In this document: piece by piece, positions 14,902 to 24,444 of the stretch
Layout: each line of letters begins with the position of its first letter
Numbering within the stretch: position 1 is the first letter of the stretch
Source of the DNA: a virus
Taxonomy: Duplodnaviria > Caudoviricetes
DNA: 27,135 nucleotides
IMG/VR virus record: IMGVR_UViG_3300012041_000058
Span: 1-27,135 of that record
Strand: one strand, 5' to 3'
Translations under genes and position numbers: made by a program
The notes under the pieces: model-generated
The model's input: only the letters and a program-made list of their open reading frames with translations
Databases searched by the model: none
Told to the model about the DNA's origin: nothing

Positions 14902-15045
14902 ATGCCATTAACCATAATCGAGTTAGTGCTTCAGATAGTGTTAGAAGCGATGCGAGGTCAAAGTCCGGAACAAAAAGAAAAAATGTGGCAGTTCTATATT
15001 CAAGATATGACGTGGTGGCGCAAGGCCTTTAAGATCGATCAATAA
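14902..15045 (+). CDS. small hypothetical protein (47 aa), not in the ORF track
   Basis: ATG directly after the upstream stop; TAATG coupling downstream. Confidence 0.55.
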   Translation: MPLTIIELVLQIVLEAMRGQSPEQKEKMWQFYIQDMTWWRKAFKIDQ

Positions 15046-15218
15046 TGTCAGATAATCACACCCCACAACTAGAGTCTTTTTACGTATACTGCGCGCTTCA
15101 ATTAGCGCGGATTCATAGAGAACTGTACCCAGAATACACCAATCCCATTCATGTCCAGGGGCCTAAACGTCCAGATATGGCCTCTCAGGAGCTTCAGGCA
15201 TTCCGGAGTGACCAGTAA
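15045..15218 (+). CDS. small hypothetical protein (57 aa), not in the ORF track
   Basis: TAATG overlaps at both ends. Confidence 0.55.
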   Translation: MSDNHTPQLESFYVYCALQLARIHRELYPEYTNPIHVQGPKRPDMASQELQAFRSDQ

Positions 15219-15409
15219 TGGAATCCTACACAGCTTACTTTTCCTACGAGACTAGTGGCTTGGCAATAGACGCTACCTTAGACATTGTAACAGTTGATCC
15301 CAAACATTGGGGTCCAATCCTTGACGGTATGGAAAAGCTGGGATTTAGGTTTATTGGCTGGCACAAAACCGAGGAGCCCGTCGAGCGCCTCAATAAGAGC
15401 GTGTACTAA
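15218..15409 (+). CDS. hypothetical protein
   Basis: GGAG RBS, TAATG overlaps. Confidence 0.65.
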   Translation: MESYTAYFSYETSGLAIDATLDIVTVDPKHWGPILDGMEKLGFRFIGWHKTEEPVERLNKSVY

Positions 15410-15684
15410 TGCTGGTCTGTTTTCTGTGTGGATGCCGTATCGTGGAAGGTGACCAGCATCAGGTAGAAGGTCCTGTAGACGCACAAGGCAACGTGGCTAA
15501 GACGTGCTTCGTAAAAGATGCCGTGGAGCACCATACTCCCAAAGATCTAATCAAAAGTAGAAAGGCGATGCTTGCTCAAAAGGACGTCACCATACCAGCG
15601 CGGATGTTTGATCTCACGCATGTTGCTGGCGAAGACAGTCCCCGTGGTCGCTGGCAAGCTGTAATTCCAGAGGTCTCGGAATAA
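15409..15684 (+). CDS. hypothetical protein
   Basis: TAATG overlaps at both ends. Confidence 0.65.
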   Translation: MLVCFLCGCRIVEGDQHQVEGPVDAQGNVAKTCFVKDAVEHHTPKDLIKSRKAMLAQKDVTIPARMFDLTHVAGEDSPRGRWQAVIPEVSE

Positions 15685-16037
15685 TGCCAGTTGGTGGCCA
15701 ATCCTTCGGTTCCGTCCGCAAGGCACGCGAGGTTCTCAAGGAACGTGCCGAAGAAATCGTCAGAATGTACTTCGAGACCTGGAAACAGGCCTTGGCCTCC
15801 GGTGATTTCGAGACAGCCCAGAAGTGCGCCTCAGATCTAGCCAAACATATTCCAAAGGACGAAGACGGTCTTACCGTATTCGACATTGACGTCGATAAGC
15901 CAAAACAAGTTGAGTCCAAGCAATCTGGCCCAGGTATTGTCATCGGCGTCCAAATCGGAGGCCTTAACCAAAAGGCTCTCCCAGAAGTCACAGTCATAGA
16001 TGTCCCAGTTGATCAAGACCCCCCTACTGACAGTTAA
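15684..16037 (+). CDS. probable terminase small subunit
   Basis: Directly upstream of and overlapping TerL; helical N-terminus and beta-strand tail (positional inference). Confidence 0.5.
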   Translation: MPVGGQSFGSVRKAREVLKERAEEIVRMYFETWKQALASGDFETAQKCASDLAKHIPKDEDGLTVFDIDVDKPKQVESKQSGPGIVIGVQIGGLNQKALPEVTVIDVPVDQDPPTDS

Positions 16038-17472
16038 TTTGCCAGACGGTTCTCCACACATGATGTATGGTGCGTGGCCGAAGCAGTTGGAGTTCCACCG
16101 ATCCCCAGTTACTAACCTTCTGGCTGTTGGCTCTCGTGGTTCCGGTAAGTCGCTAATGCTCCGTATGGACGCACATATGCGAGCCCTGTCTGAACCCGGT
16201 TGCACCTTAATCCTCATCCGCAAGACCATGAAGCAGCTGGAGCAGTCCCATCTCCAGGATATCAATCAGGAAATGGTTATGCTCGGCGGATATTACCACG
16301 GAACTAGGCATTGCGCGTACTATCCAAACGGCTCTAAACTATTCTTCAGTTACGTAGGTCATTCTGGAGACGCCCTTAACCTGCTCTCCGCTCAATTTTT
16401 GGCGGCGTATTACGATGAGCTGTCGGTTATCCCGTGGGACTATTTCATCAAACTAAACGGTTCTGTTCGTGTAGCCGGTGCGCAAAAAGACAAGGGTCTT
16501 AACGCAGTCGTCCGTGCAGCTACAAACCCCCTCGGCGAGTCCGCCTCCGAGTGTCTTAGGTATTTCGTCTACAAGGAATTCGATAATTGGGAGGATGAAG
16601 AAGAGGGCTCAGATGGCTACGATCCAGAAGAATGGGGCCATGTCCGAATTGACATGGAAGACAATCCCGACCTAGACATCGAGAAATATCGCAAGCGGTT
16701 TGCCAATGCCCCACCTCACCTCAAAGCAGCGTGGCTTCGTGGAGAATACATGGAAGAGAACACTCTCTTCACATTTATGCCCTCCAAAGAAGGTAAACCT
16801 TACCACGTCATCCACGAACTGGACATTGCCACATTAGTCAGAAAGGCTCGTATCTTTCGAGTCTACGATCACGGTTACGCCCCAGATCCCGCATATTGCG
16901 CGTGGGTGGCTCATCTCGGCAATCGTTACATCGTCTTCCATGAGAAGAAGTGGCTTAAGACGGTAGTGTCTGACATCGCCCTGTCCATCAAAGAACAAGA
17001 CGAGATGTTGGGCATCGAGCGAGTAGTAGCCACGTACTGCGATCCCACGATCGACATCCACACAGGCCACGACGCTCGTACCATCAAAGACATCTTCGAA
17101 TATCACGGTGTTCCAATGGAATGCTCGGTCAACAATCGGGAGCAGTATGCCTCCGCAGTCCATACAGCCTTAGCAGAGGAAGCAGAACCAAACGTCCCCC
17201 GTCTCCAAATCTACAAGGGTACTGGTATATTCCCAGGCGCTCCCTACATGATTAGATCCATTCCACTTCAACACTTTGATCCCAAACATCCCCTAAAACT
17301 CGCCGACCAAGCGCACGATCATCCAGTAGTGGCAATTTCTTATTTCCTTTTCAGCCATTCTGCAGACCAATCAAAAGAGCTATACCAACGCAAAGCCCCC
17401 AAGTGGATGCAGCCAAAAGAATCCAATACACGCTTTGTCCTTGGTGATGAATCGTCCAGAACTCGAATTTAA
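16000..17472 (+). CDS. terL: terminase large subunit
   Basis: Walker A GSRGSGKS, Walker B YYDE, coupling motif ATNP, RNase H-like DHG..PDP and C-terminal DH. Confidence 0.93.
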   Translation: MSQLIKTPLLTVNLPDGSPHMMYGAWPKQLEFHRSPVTNLLAVGSRGSGKSLMLRMDAHMRALSEPGCTLILIRKTMKQLEQSHLQDINQEMVMLGGYYHGTRHCAYYPNGSKLFFSYVGHSGDALNLLSAQFLAAYYDELSVIPWDYFIKLNGSVRVAGAQKDKGLNAVVRAATNPLGESASECLRYFVYKEFDNWEDEEEGSDGYDPEEWGHVRIDMEDNPDLDIEKYRKRFANAPPHLKAAWLRGEYMEENTLFTFMPSKEGKPYHVIHELDIATLVRKARIFRVYDHGYAPDPAYCAWVAHLGNRYIVFHEKKWLKTVVSDIALSIKEQDEMLGIERVVATYCDPTIDIHTGHDARTIKDIFEYHGVPMECSVNNREQYASAVHTALAEEAEPNVPRLQIYKGTGIFPGAPYMIRSIPLQHFDPKHPLKLADQAHDHPVVAISYFLFSHSADQSKELYQRKAPKWMQPKESNTRFVLGDESSRTRI

Positions 17473-17484
17473 TAAAGGTATTTA

Positions 17485-19587
17485 ATGGCCACTCTCGACT
17501 CCCCCGACACACCAAAGACCGATAAGGTTTCTCCGGATAAAGCCACTACCAAGCGTAACAAGATGCTGCATAGCGCCATTTCAGCATGTCGTAACTATCG
17601 ACGTAAGCTTGTCATGGATTGGCAGACAAATGTTGATTACAGAAGGGGAAAACCTTTCGCTACGCAGTCCGACGAAAACAGAGTAGTCGTTAACGTAGAC
17701 TGGTCCTTTACAAAAGAGAAACAATCCAGCTTATTCTCCCAGGTCCCGGCCGTCAGAGTTAATCATCCCCCCCAGACCGCCGCTCCAGAAATGGCTCCGT
17801 GGCTTCATTCCTATGAACAGCGCATCAACGATACGCTTATTCAAGCGGGTATCGAAACTGCCATGGACGAAGTACTTCCGGATTGTATCAACGCGGCCGG
17901 TGTTGGAATTGTAGTCGTCTGCCACGAGGCTCTAACGGAAGATGTCACAGTCCCAGCCATAGATCTTGCCACGCTTCCGCCAGCAATTCAACAGCAGATC
18001 TTACTTACAGGGCTACTTCCAAATGGCAATCCTCTTCCAATGGAGACGGTACCGCGCGTAATCGACAAACGCTATCTTGTGAATCGCATCAGCCCCTCTA
18101 ATTTCCTATGGCCGCTATCCTTCACTGGATCTGACTTTGACAATTCCCCGTGGATTGGTCGCTCAGGGCATGTTACATGGGTTGAGGCTCAGCGTCGTTG
18201 GAAGCTAGACCCCAATAAGAAGCGGCAATATCTAGGCATAGATACTAACCCACAAGATGTTATCTCCTACGACATTGAACGAAAATTAGAAACCGAAAGT
18301 GACGAATTGGTCTCTTTTGAAGAAGTTTTCTACAAGAAGCATCTTTACGATGAGGACACCAAACTTTATAACGCTATTCAGCATGTGGTCTTTGTCCACG
18401 GCCAAGACGAACCAGTTATCGACGAACCTTGGAAAGGACAAGAGATAGACAATAATGGCAATCTACTTGGCGCTACCAAGTATCCCATTCGAGTCTTAAC
18501 CCTAAGTTACATCACTGACGAGGCCATCCCCCCATCGGACTCCGCTGTTGGTCGCCCACAGGTCAACGAGATCATCAAGGCCCGCACGCAGATGATCCTA
18601 CAACGAGAGCATAGCCTCCCAGTGCGAACAATAGATGTCAATCGCGTAGACCCTACCGTTGTCTACAATCTAATGCGTGGTAAATGGCAGGCCATGATTC
18701 CTGTGCAGGGCAATGGTCAGAACGTCATCACAGAAGTTGCTCGCAGTAACTTTCCGCAAGAGAACTTCTCCTTTGACATCATCGCTAACAGAGATCTCAG
18801 CCGCATCTGGAATCTATATCAAGATGCCACAGGCGCTCAGGTAGAAACTAAAGGCGAAGCACAGGAAATTGCGTCCAGCGCTCAGACTCGTATTGCGAGA
18901 GAACGGGCTAAGGTTGGGAAGTTTTTCTGCGGTATTGCAGAAGTCCTAGGTGGTCTTATCTGTCTTTACGAGGACCCCAATACTCTCGGACAGGGTTTTG
19001 ATCCCGTAGTCTCTAAAACCTTGGCGTATTCCATCCTAGCCGACTCCACAGTTCTACTCGATTCCAATCAGCGCCTCCAACGCATCCAGGAATTTGTGAA
19101 CATGTATGCGAAGTCCGGTTGGGTAAACTTGGAGCCAGTGTTGAAAGAAGCTGCTACACTTACCGGTCTAGACCCAGCAACAGTCATTCGAGCACCGCAA
19201 CCAGCGCCTCCGGCGGAGCCAAACATTTCTCTCCGGTTAACCGGTACAGAAGATCTCAGAGATCCTATGACCGTCGGTATTCTCATTGCGCGGGGACAAG
19301 CGCCAACTCCGGAACAAATTGAGCAGGGCAAGCAGCTCATCTTGCAGGCGGGGCCTCCTCCCATGCAACAGCTTCCTTCACCTGCAGGCAACACGGTTAG
19401 CGCAGATGGCACGGTAACACCGCCCGCACTTGTTGAGACCTTCGTACCACCAGTCCCAATGCCAATTGGCGGCAATACTGGTCCCATTCCACAACCACCT
19501 CCCGTCGGTGTGGGCGAAGACAACCCCAATTACAGCTCAATGCCCAAAGTGAATCAGAGGGTGTTAGATCGAGAGGGTGGCCTATAA
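17485..19587 (+). CDS. portal protein with Pro-rich C-terminal tail
   Basis: 700 aa directly after TerL; ETKGEA (TATE-like) segment; size and position. Confidence 0.8.
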   Translation: MATLDSPDTPKTDKVSPDKATTKRNKMLHSAISACRNYRRKLVMDWQTNVDYRRGKPFATQSDENRVVVNVDWSFTKEKQSSLFSQVPAVRVNHPPQTAAPEMAPWLHSYEQRINDTLIQAGIETAMDEVLPDCINAAGVGIVVVCHEALTEDVTVPAIDLATLPPAIQQQILLTGLLPNGNPLPMETVPRVIDKRYLVNRISPSNFLWPLSFTGSDFDNSPWIGRSGHVTWVEAQRRWKLDPNKKRQYLGIDTNPQDVISYDIERKLETESDELVSFEEVFYKKHLYDEDTKLYNAIQHVVFVHGQDEPVIDEPWKGQEIDNNGNLLGATKYPIRVLTLSYITDEAIPPSDSAVGRPQVNEIIKARTQMILQREHSLPVRTIDVNRVDPTVVYNLMRGKWQAMIPVQGNGQNVITEVARSNFPQENFSFDIIANRDLSRIWNLYQDATGAQVETKGEAQEIASSAQTRIARERAKVGKFFCGIAEVLGGLICLYEDPNTLGQGFDPVVSKTLAYSILADSTVLLDSNQRLQRIQEFVNMYAKSGWVNLEPVLKEAATLTGLDPATVIRAPQPAPPAEPNISLRLTGTEDLRDPMTVGILIARGQAPTPEQIEQGKQLILQAGPPPMQQLPSPAGNTVSADGTVTPPALVETFVPPVPMPIGGNTGPIPQPPPVGVGEDNPNYSSMPKVNQRVLDREGGL

Positions 19588-19901
19588 TGAGCGTCACAAC
19601 TTTCAAGGAACATATTCAATGGTGTGGTTATTGCAGCACTAAGCATAAGATCTTATGTTGGTCCTACGACCCTCCTACAGACTGCCCGGACTGCGGCTTA
19701 GAAATGTTCTTTCACGAAGACACTCTCGGACAGGCTCCCGGCGTTATAAGTGACGAACTACACGGCTATGCGGCTAAACACGGCGTCTGTAATCCAGATG
19801 GCACTGCCCGTAAATTCTATAGCAAGACAGACCTCAAACGCGCGTTAAACGAAGCCGGTTTGACAATTGATGGGGACACCCCCAAGCCGTATCGCGTCTA
19901 A
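19587..19901 (+). CDS. zinc-ribbon protein (FmdB-like) following portal
   Basis: CxxC...CPDCG; TAATG coupling. Confidence 0.65.
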   Translation: MSVTTFKEHIQWCGYCSTKHKILCWSYDPPTDCPDCGLEMFFHEDTLGQAPGVISDELHGYAAKHGVCNPDGTARKFYSKTDLKRALNEAGLTIDGDTPKPYRV

Positions 19902-19950
19902 TCGTCGTTCGTACAATTCTTAAATCGTTAACCTAGAAAGGAGTAGGCCA

Positions 19951-20250
19951 ATTATAAACACAATCGGTATACTCATAATCATCCTTTCACAATATATCAT
20001 CTATAGAAAGTTGGTAAGCATAATGGCAACATTAGCACAGTTCGAAGCAGCTCTAGCGGCTGTGGACGCAGAAACAACTCGTATCGCTACTGTAATCGAA
20101 GCGCTAATCGCACAGCTAAACAGCGACTCTCTAGATGCAGCGCAGGAAGAGGCAATTTTTGCAAATCTTCGGGCAGCTGCGGATAGGCTAAAGACTGTTG
20201 GCGCTAGTGTCGAGACGCCAGTACCACCGGTCGAACCGCCCGTAGCGTAA
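19951..20250 (+). CDS. hypothetical helical protein; start uncertain (ATT 19951, TTG 20011 or ATG 20023)
   Basis: AAGGAG lies 7 nt before an in-frame ATT; Ala-rich helical body. Confidence 0.6.
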   Translation: MINTIGILIIILSQYIIYRKLVSIMATLAQFEAALAAVDAETTRIATVIEALIAQLNSDSLDAAQEEAIFANLRAAADRLKTVGASVETPVPPVEPPVA

Positions 20251-20262
20251 AGTAAGAGGAAT

Positions 20263-20291
20263 GGGACGAGGCAGAAATGCCCCTCCCTTTC
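20263..20291 (+). terminator. possible intrinsic terminator
   Basis: GGGA..GGCA-GAAA-TGCC..TCCC followed by TTT. Confidence 0.4.
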
Positions 20292-20304
20292 AGACCCTTT
20301 CATC

Positions 20305-20703
20305 ATGTTAAAACAACGCCCAAAAGGACACTTCAGCCAAGTTGATTTAGCATTGGCTATCCACGAGTTGCTAGAAATCCCATTAGATAAAGTGAAGAGG
20401 TATCCCTCAGAAGGCCTCAAGCTAGTCGCTATCATCTTGAATACAATATCCGATGCACTACGACGCGGGGAGTCGGTAGAGATAGACGGCTTCGGTACTT
20501 TCAAAGTTTGGAAGCCTAGAAAGTCTTGGACACTTAAGACTCCAATCATCTATAGAGAAGGCCAAGTAACCCTTCTTTCGGACGAACCCCAGACCTTTCC
20601 CGGTAAAACAAAGATATTCTTTCGTCCATCTATCCACCTAAGGGCCATGCTTAATGTAGATAGCCCCACCTGGAAGGAAGCAAAAGCTATCTCTAAATGG
20701 TAA
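20305..20703 (+). CDS. HU/IHF-like DNA-binding protein
   Basis: I.DAL..GESVEIDGFGTFKV...F.PS..LR motif. Confidence 0.85.
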   Translation: MLKQRPKGHFSQVDLALAIHELLEIPLDKVKRYPSEGLKLVAIILNTISDALRRGESVEIDGFGTFKVWKPRKSWTLKTPIIYREGQVTLLSDEPQTFPGKTKIFFRPSIHLRAMLNVDSPTWKEAKAISKW

Positions 20704-20707
20704 TCAC

Positions 20708-21034
20708 ATGATTATACATCCAGTACTCGAACCTAAGATCGTCACAGATTATGACATAACATTCGACAACGGTCTATTCACGACAATTTCTGTCTGCGAA
20801 TCTGATGGTGATACTATAGACCAGGACACAACCCCCCTCGCAATCTTATTCTACCTGGCGCCCAAACCATCGGTAGCAGATCCAGCGGTGAAACTACCAG
20901 CAGAGAACGTGACCATTTTCCTGAGTCAGGTCGTCATGCTCTCGCATCGCCAACGTGAAGTCTTTCCAGCCAATCCCGATCAGCAACAGAACTTAAAAGG
21001 TCTCTTTAAGAACGCACATCCCACCGTTCAGTAA
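20708..21034 (+). CDS. hypothetical protein
   Basis: 108-aa ORF in operon orientation. Confidence 0.65.
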   Translation: MIIHPVLEPKIVTDYDITFDNGLFTTISVCESDGDTIDQDTTPLAILFYLAPKPSVADPAVKLPAENVTIFLSQVVMLSHRQREVFPANPDQQQNLKGLFKNAHPTVQ

Positions 21035-21054
21035 TTGCAATCACTTTCATAACC

Positions 21055-21141
21055 GTTCACCGCACGGCGTCAAATAGCGACGCCTATGCGCTATCGCGCA
21101 GACGTAAGCGGACGAACATTTCCATCGTATAAAGGAAGCTA
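21055..21141 (+). promoter_or_regulatory. structured 5' leader of the scaffold gene
   Basis: GUUC-CCGC/GCGG-GAAC closes GGCGUC/GACGCC and UGCGC/GCGCA hairpins; small hairpin over the RBS. Confidence 0.55.
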
Positions 21142-22257
21142 ATGGCATACCCAACCGAATCAAATGATCCCGTAACCGAAGCTATCGAGGACGCCGTAAA
21201 CGACGCTACGAATCCAGAAGTTGACGTAGAAACCCCCGCAGAAGAAACGGTCTCTGTTGATACCGCCGCTACTGAAATAGCGGAAGAAACCGCTTCAGAG
21301 GAGGTTACAACGCAGGTTGAGTCTCCCGCAGTTAAGGCCGCTACTGATGCTGGTGCGAAGGTTGAGGACGAATTTGCTAAGCGACATGGCCTCCAGCCCA
21401 ACTCCGTCACTGGCCGAGAGAACCGAATCCCCTACAGCCGTGTCAAGAAAATAGTTGAAAAGAATGAACGGGACGCTGTTGCAAGAGTTACCAAGGAGAT
21501 TGAGGGTAAGTTTACTCCGCAGGTCACTGAGCTTAGCACAAAGGTAACGGATTATGAAGGCCGTTTAGAAAAGGTTGCACAGTTCGAAGAGATCCTACAG
21601 AACGATCCCAAGACCTTCTTGGAAATGCTCAGTCAAGTGCCCGCTTACAAGGAGTTCTTCGCGTACATCGAGAAGGCCTCAGCCGCACTAGATGGAACAC
21701 AGGAGCCCGCCAAAGTTGTAGATCCTTTTGGTGACATGCCCCAACCGGATCAACCCTTACCGGACGGTTCTAAGGTCTACTCTGAGCAGGGTCTCAAAGC
21801 TCTCTTAACATGGCAGGACCAACAGACTCAGAAGCGCACCATCGAGCAGGTTGAGAAGCGTTATGCCCCCATCGAGCAGGCTTGGCAGGCTCAAGAGCAG
21901 ATGGCCAAGATAGTTCCAGTCGTAGAAAAACAGATTGCTGACGCCCGCACTTGGGATAAATTCAACGAACTAGAGCCCAAGATCTTGGACATTCTCAAGG
22001 CCGATAAGCAGATTTCTTTGGAAAAGGCCTATGTCAAGGCCTACCAGGAAGCCACCATCGCCGAACGGGCCAAGTTCACTACCGACCGGAATGCCATTCG
22101 AACCGAGGTTCTAGCCGAAATTAAGAAGAAGCCCATGTCCTCGGCAGCCACTGCTGCTGCTGTAAAGCCCAATCCTCAGCGCGAATCAACAGGCCCGGTA
22201 GACACCACGGAGGTCATCCGCAGAAGCCTGGAGGAAGCCGGATTGCTAGGCCAGTAA
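21142..22257 (+). CDS. capsid scaffolding protein
   Basis: Acidic disordered N-terminus, IPYSR..K motif, coiled coils; between portal and capsid. Confidence 0.78.
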   Translation: MAYPTESNDPVTEAIEDAVNDATNPEVDVETPAEETVSVDTAATEIAEETASEEVTTQVESPAVKAATDAGAKVEDEFAKRHGLQPNSVTGRENRIPYSRVKKIVEKNERDAVARVTKEIEGKFTPQVTELSTKVTDYEGRLEKVAQFEEILQNDPKTFLEMLSQVPAYKEFFAYIEKASAALDGTQEPAKVVDPFGDMPQPDQPLPDGSKVYSEQGLKALLTWQDQQTQKRTIEQVEKRYAPIEQAWQAQEQMAKIVPVVEKQIADARTWDKFNELEPKILDILKADKQISLEKAYVKAYQEATIAERAKFTTDRNAIRTEVLAEIKKKPMSSAATAAAVKPNPQRESTGPVDTTEVIRRSLEEAGLLGQ

Positions 22258-22265
22258 AATAAAGC

Positions 22266-22294
22266 TTGACAAATCTGATTTAATGTGGTATAAT
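22266..22294 (+). promoter_or_regulatory. consensus sigma70 promoter of the HNH gene
   Basis: TTGACA-17 nt-TATAAT with TGn. Confidence 0.85.
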
Positions 22295-22357
22295 GGTATT
22301 GATGATACAACTTAATCATTATAGGCCTGAGATTGATGATCTTGGGCTTACCACACT

Positions 22358-23182
22358 ATGAAGAGTTGTTCCAAGTGTAATGAAACTAAGCCTTTATCGG
22401 AGTTCTCTAAAAATAAGAACTCTGCAGACGGGCTTCAGAATTGGTGTAAGTTTTGTAGTAGGGCAGCAACTAAGGCCAACCGTATTAAACGTATAGCCAA
22501 TGCGGTTCCACCTGTAACACAAGGCACTAAGATCTGCTCTAAATGTAGGTTGTGCAAGACAGTATCTCAATTCTATTTGTGCATAGATGCTTCCGACGGG
22601 CTAACGTCTAGATGTAAAGAATGTTCGGATTTAGCTACTAAAGAGTCTAATGCAAGGCGAAATCCCTCAGATATAAAAGCTGTTAAACAAGCTTGGTATA
22701 CTAACAATCACGAATACATCTTAGCACACTACGCGACCAAGAAGTTAGAGCGTAGTGAAATATCTAGACGATGGGCAAAGAATAACCCAGAAAAGCGAAA
22801 AGCTGCAGATAGAAAACGTAAGCAGTCCCCGCAAGGCAGGTTATACAACCAGGTTTACACCGGTATTCGACGAGCTAGAAAGAAAGCCATTGAGATCAAC
22901 GACTTCACTCGTGGTGAGTGGTTAATTCTTAAAGACGAATTCGCTGGAATGTGTGCCTATTGTGGTATAGAACCAGCGTCATTAACACAAGATCATATAA
23001 TCCCAATAAAGAAAATGGGATCTCATACTTACGAGAATATCGTACCTGCTTGTAAGTCATGTAATTCGCGCAAAGGTGCCAAAGATCTACAAGATTTTCT
23101 CCCATTGAACTCCGGGTTAGAAGTTCGTTACGACAACTCCTCGTTAGAAGAGAGTATATCGAACAACAATCCAGCCATTTAA
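22358..23182 (+). CDS. free-standing HNH endonuclease with two N-terminal zinc-finger repeats
   Basis: Two K.CSKC...F......DGL...CK.C repeats; CAYCG...DHIIP...G....NIVPAC.SCN..KG. Confidence 0.9.
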   Translation: MKSCSKCNETKPLSEFSKNKNSADGLQNWCKFCSRAATKANRIKRIANAVPPVTQGTKICSKCRLCKTVSQFYLCIDASDGLTSRCKECSDLATKESNARRNPSDIKAVKQAWYTNNHEYILAHYATKKLERSEISRRWAKNNPEKRKAADRKRKQSPQGRLYNQVYTGIRRARKKAIEINDFTRGEWLILKDEFAGMCAYCGIEPASLTQDHIIPIKKMGSHTYENIVPACKSCNSRKGAKDLQDFLPLNSGLEVRYDNSSLEESISNNNPAI

Positions 23183-23197
23183 TAGGAGATAAGCTAT

Positions 23198-24381
23198 ATG
23201 GCACTTACCGTTCAATGTTCGGACGCCTCGTTAAGTAATTAACGAAGAGAAAACTTCTGGTAATGGGCTTGAACCCTGTGATGGGAACAAGGCGGAAGCA
23301 GGTTGAAAAACCGGGCACCGTGAGAGACTAAACCCAGAGGCTCCTAGTACTGGACTAGGAAGATGTGATAGTCCGTGCTTATGGGAATCGAACCATAAGA
23401 GGTTAGCAGAAATGACTAACCCGGCGTAAATCATTACGCTGTAACAACTTACAGGAACAGATAGCCGCAGTGAGCTACCCCGCAGTTCTAGCAGAAAACC
23501 GCAAGGCTGCAAATCAGTGGGTCGAAAATGCTGCCCTGCGTGTTCTAGAGTCAATGGGCTTCGTCCAGCGAATTTCGCTTGGTGAGAACATTGAGGCTCC
23601 TCTAGACTACCGCCCAAATCCAGATACCGCCGTTCTGGCCTCTGACCAGGATTCGGCTGCGCTTCTAAAGACCGAAGTCATCACCTCAGCGGTGTACGAC
23701 ATCGCACAGCTCAATGTTCCAGTAACCTGGACAAAGGGTGACGAAGCAAAGAATCCCGAAGAGAATCAGAAGATTGCTCTTGTCAAAGCACTGCTTGAGA
23801 ACGCCATCAATTCTCACGATGACCTCATCGAGCAGCGCATCTTCACAAGTTCAACAGTCGGCGGAGTTGAGCTAAATGGTCTGAATGACCTTGTTCCTAC
23901 TTCAGGACAGGGCACAGTCGGAGGTATCGACGCTTCAGTCGAGACTTTCTGGCGTAATCAGGCGGACACCTTCGTTGACGGTTCGGATATCGAAGCGGCA
24001 ATGACAGAGGTCTACAACAACTGCGCGAAGGGTACCGGCGGACTAGCTCCGAAGGTCCTCATCAGTGGTTCGGCCACACACGCACTATTCGAGAGTCAGC
24101 TTCAGTCGCTGCAGCGTTTTGTTGACAGCAACGAAGCGGATGCCGGTTACAAGATCCTGGCATTCAAGGGCGCGAAGTATGTGTTCTCCCACAAGGGTGG
24201 AACATCAATCTACTTCCTTAATCCGAAGAACTATCAGCTTGTTGTAAGTCGTCAGTACTTCCGAGACAAGGGCTCAACTTACGACGTTCCGGGTCAAAAC
24301 GCTTTCTATTTCCTCGTGTTTTCGGCTTTACAAATGATAACCAATAATAAGTCAAGACTAGGGGTTCTAAGCGCCGCATAA
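23198..24381 (+). CDS. major capsid protein, spliced: join(23198..23212,23455..24381), 313 aa, MALTV|EQIAAVSYPAV...
   Basis: AGGAG RBS plus ATG at 23198; removing the intron restores the frame; LNGL.DLV...GTVGGID.....FWRNQ capsid signature; follows scaffold. Confidence 0.88.
23213..23454 (+). mobile_element. group I self-splicing intron, ORF-less, 242 nt
   Basis: 5' exon ends in U, intron ends in G; IGS UGUUC-G-GACG pairs with 5' exon CGUU (P1, U.G) and 3' exon GAACA (P10); P3 CUUCUGG/CCAGAGG; P7 GACUA (23326)/UAGUC (23369); P2, P8 and P9 hairpins present. Confidence 0.94.
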
Positions 24382-24389
24382 TTAATCTC

Positions 24390-24444
24390 TTGACAATCTA
24401 GGGGGATCTGTGATATACTAGAAGTAGTATAAAGGAGATCTCCC
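24390..24444 (+). promoter_or_regulatory. sigma70-type promoter embedded in an RBS-sequestering hairpin
   Basis: TTGACA-18 nt-TATACT; GGGGGAUCU/AGAUCUCCC and UAUACUA-GAAG-UAGUAUA stems enclose AAGGAG up to the ATG. Confidence 0.78.

Noticed and set aside
16000-19587. Introns, inteins or stop-codon recoding in terminase and portal
   Set aside because: Both read uninterrupted at normal length in the standard code with no intein motifs; TAA, TAG and TGA all serve as stops in the window.
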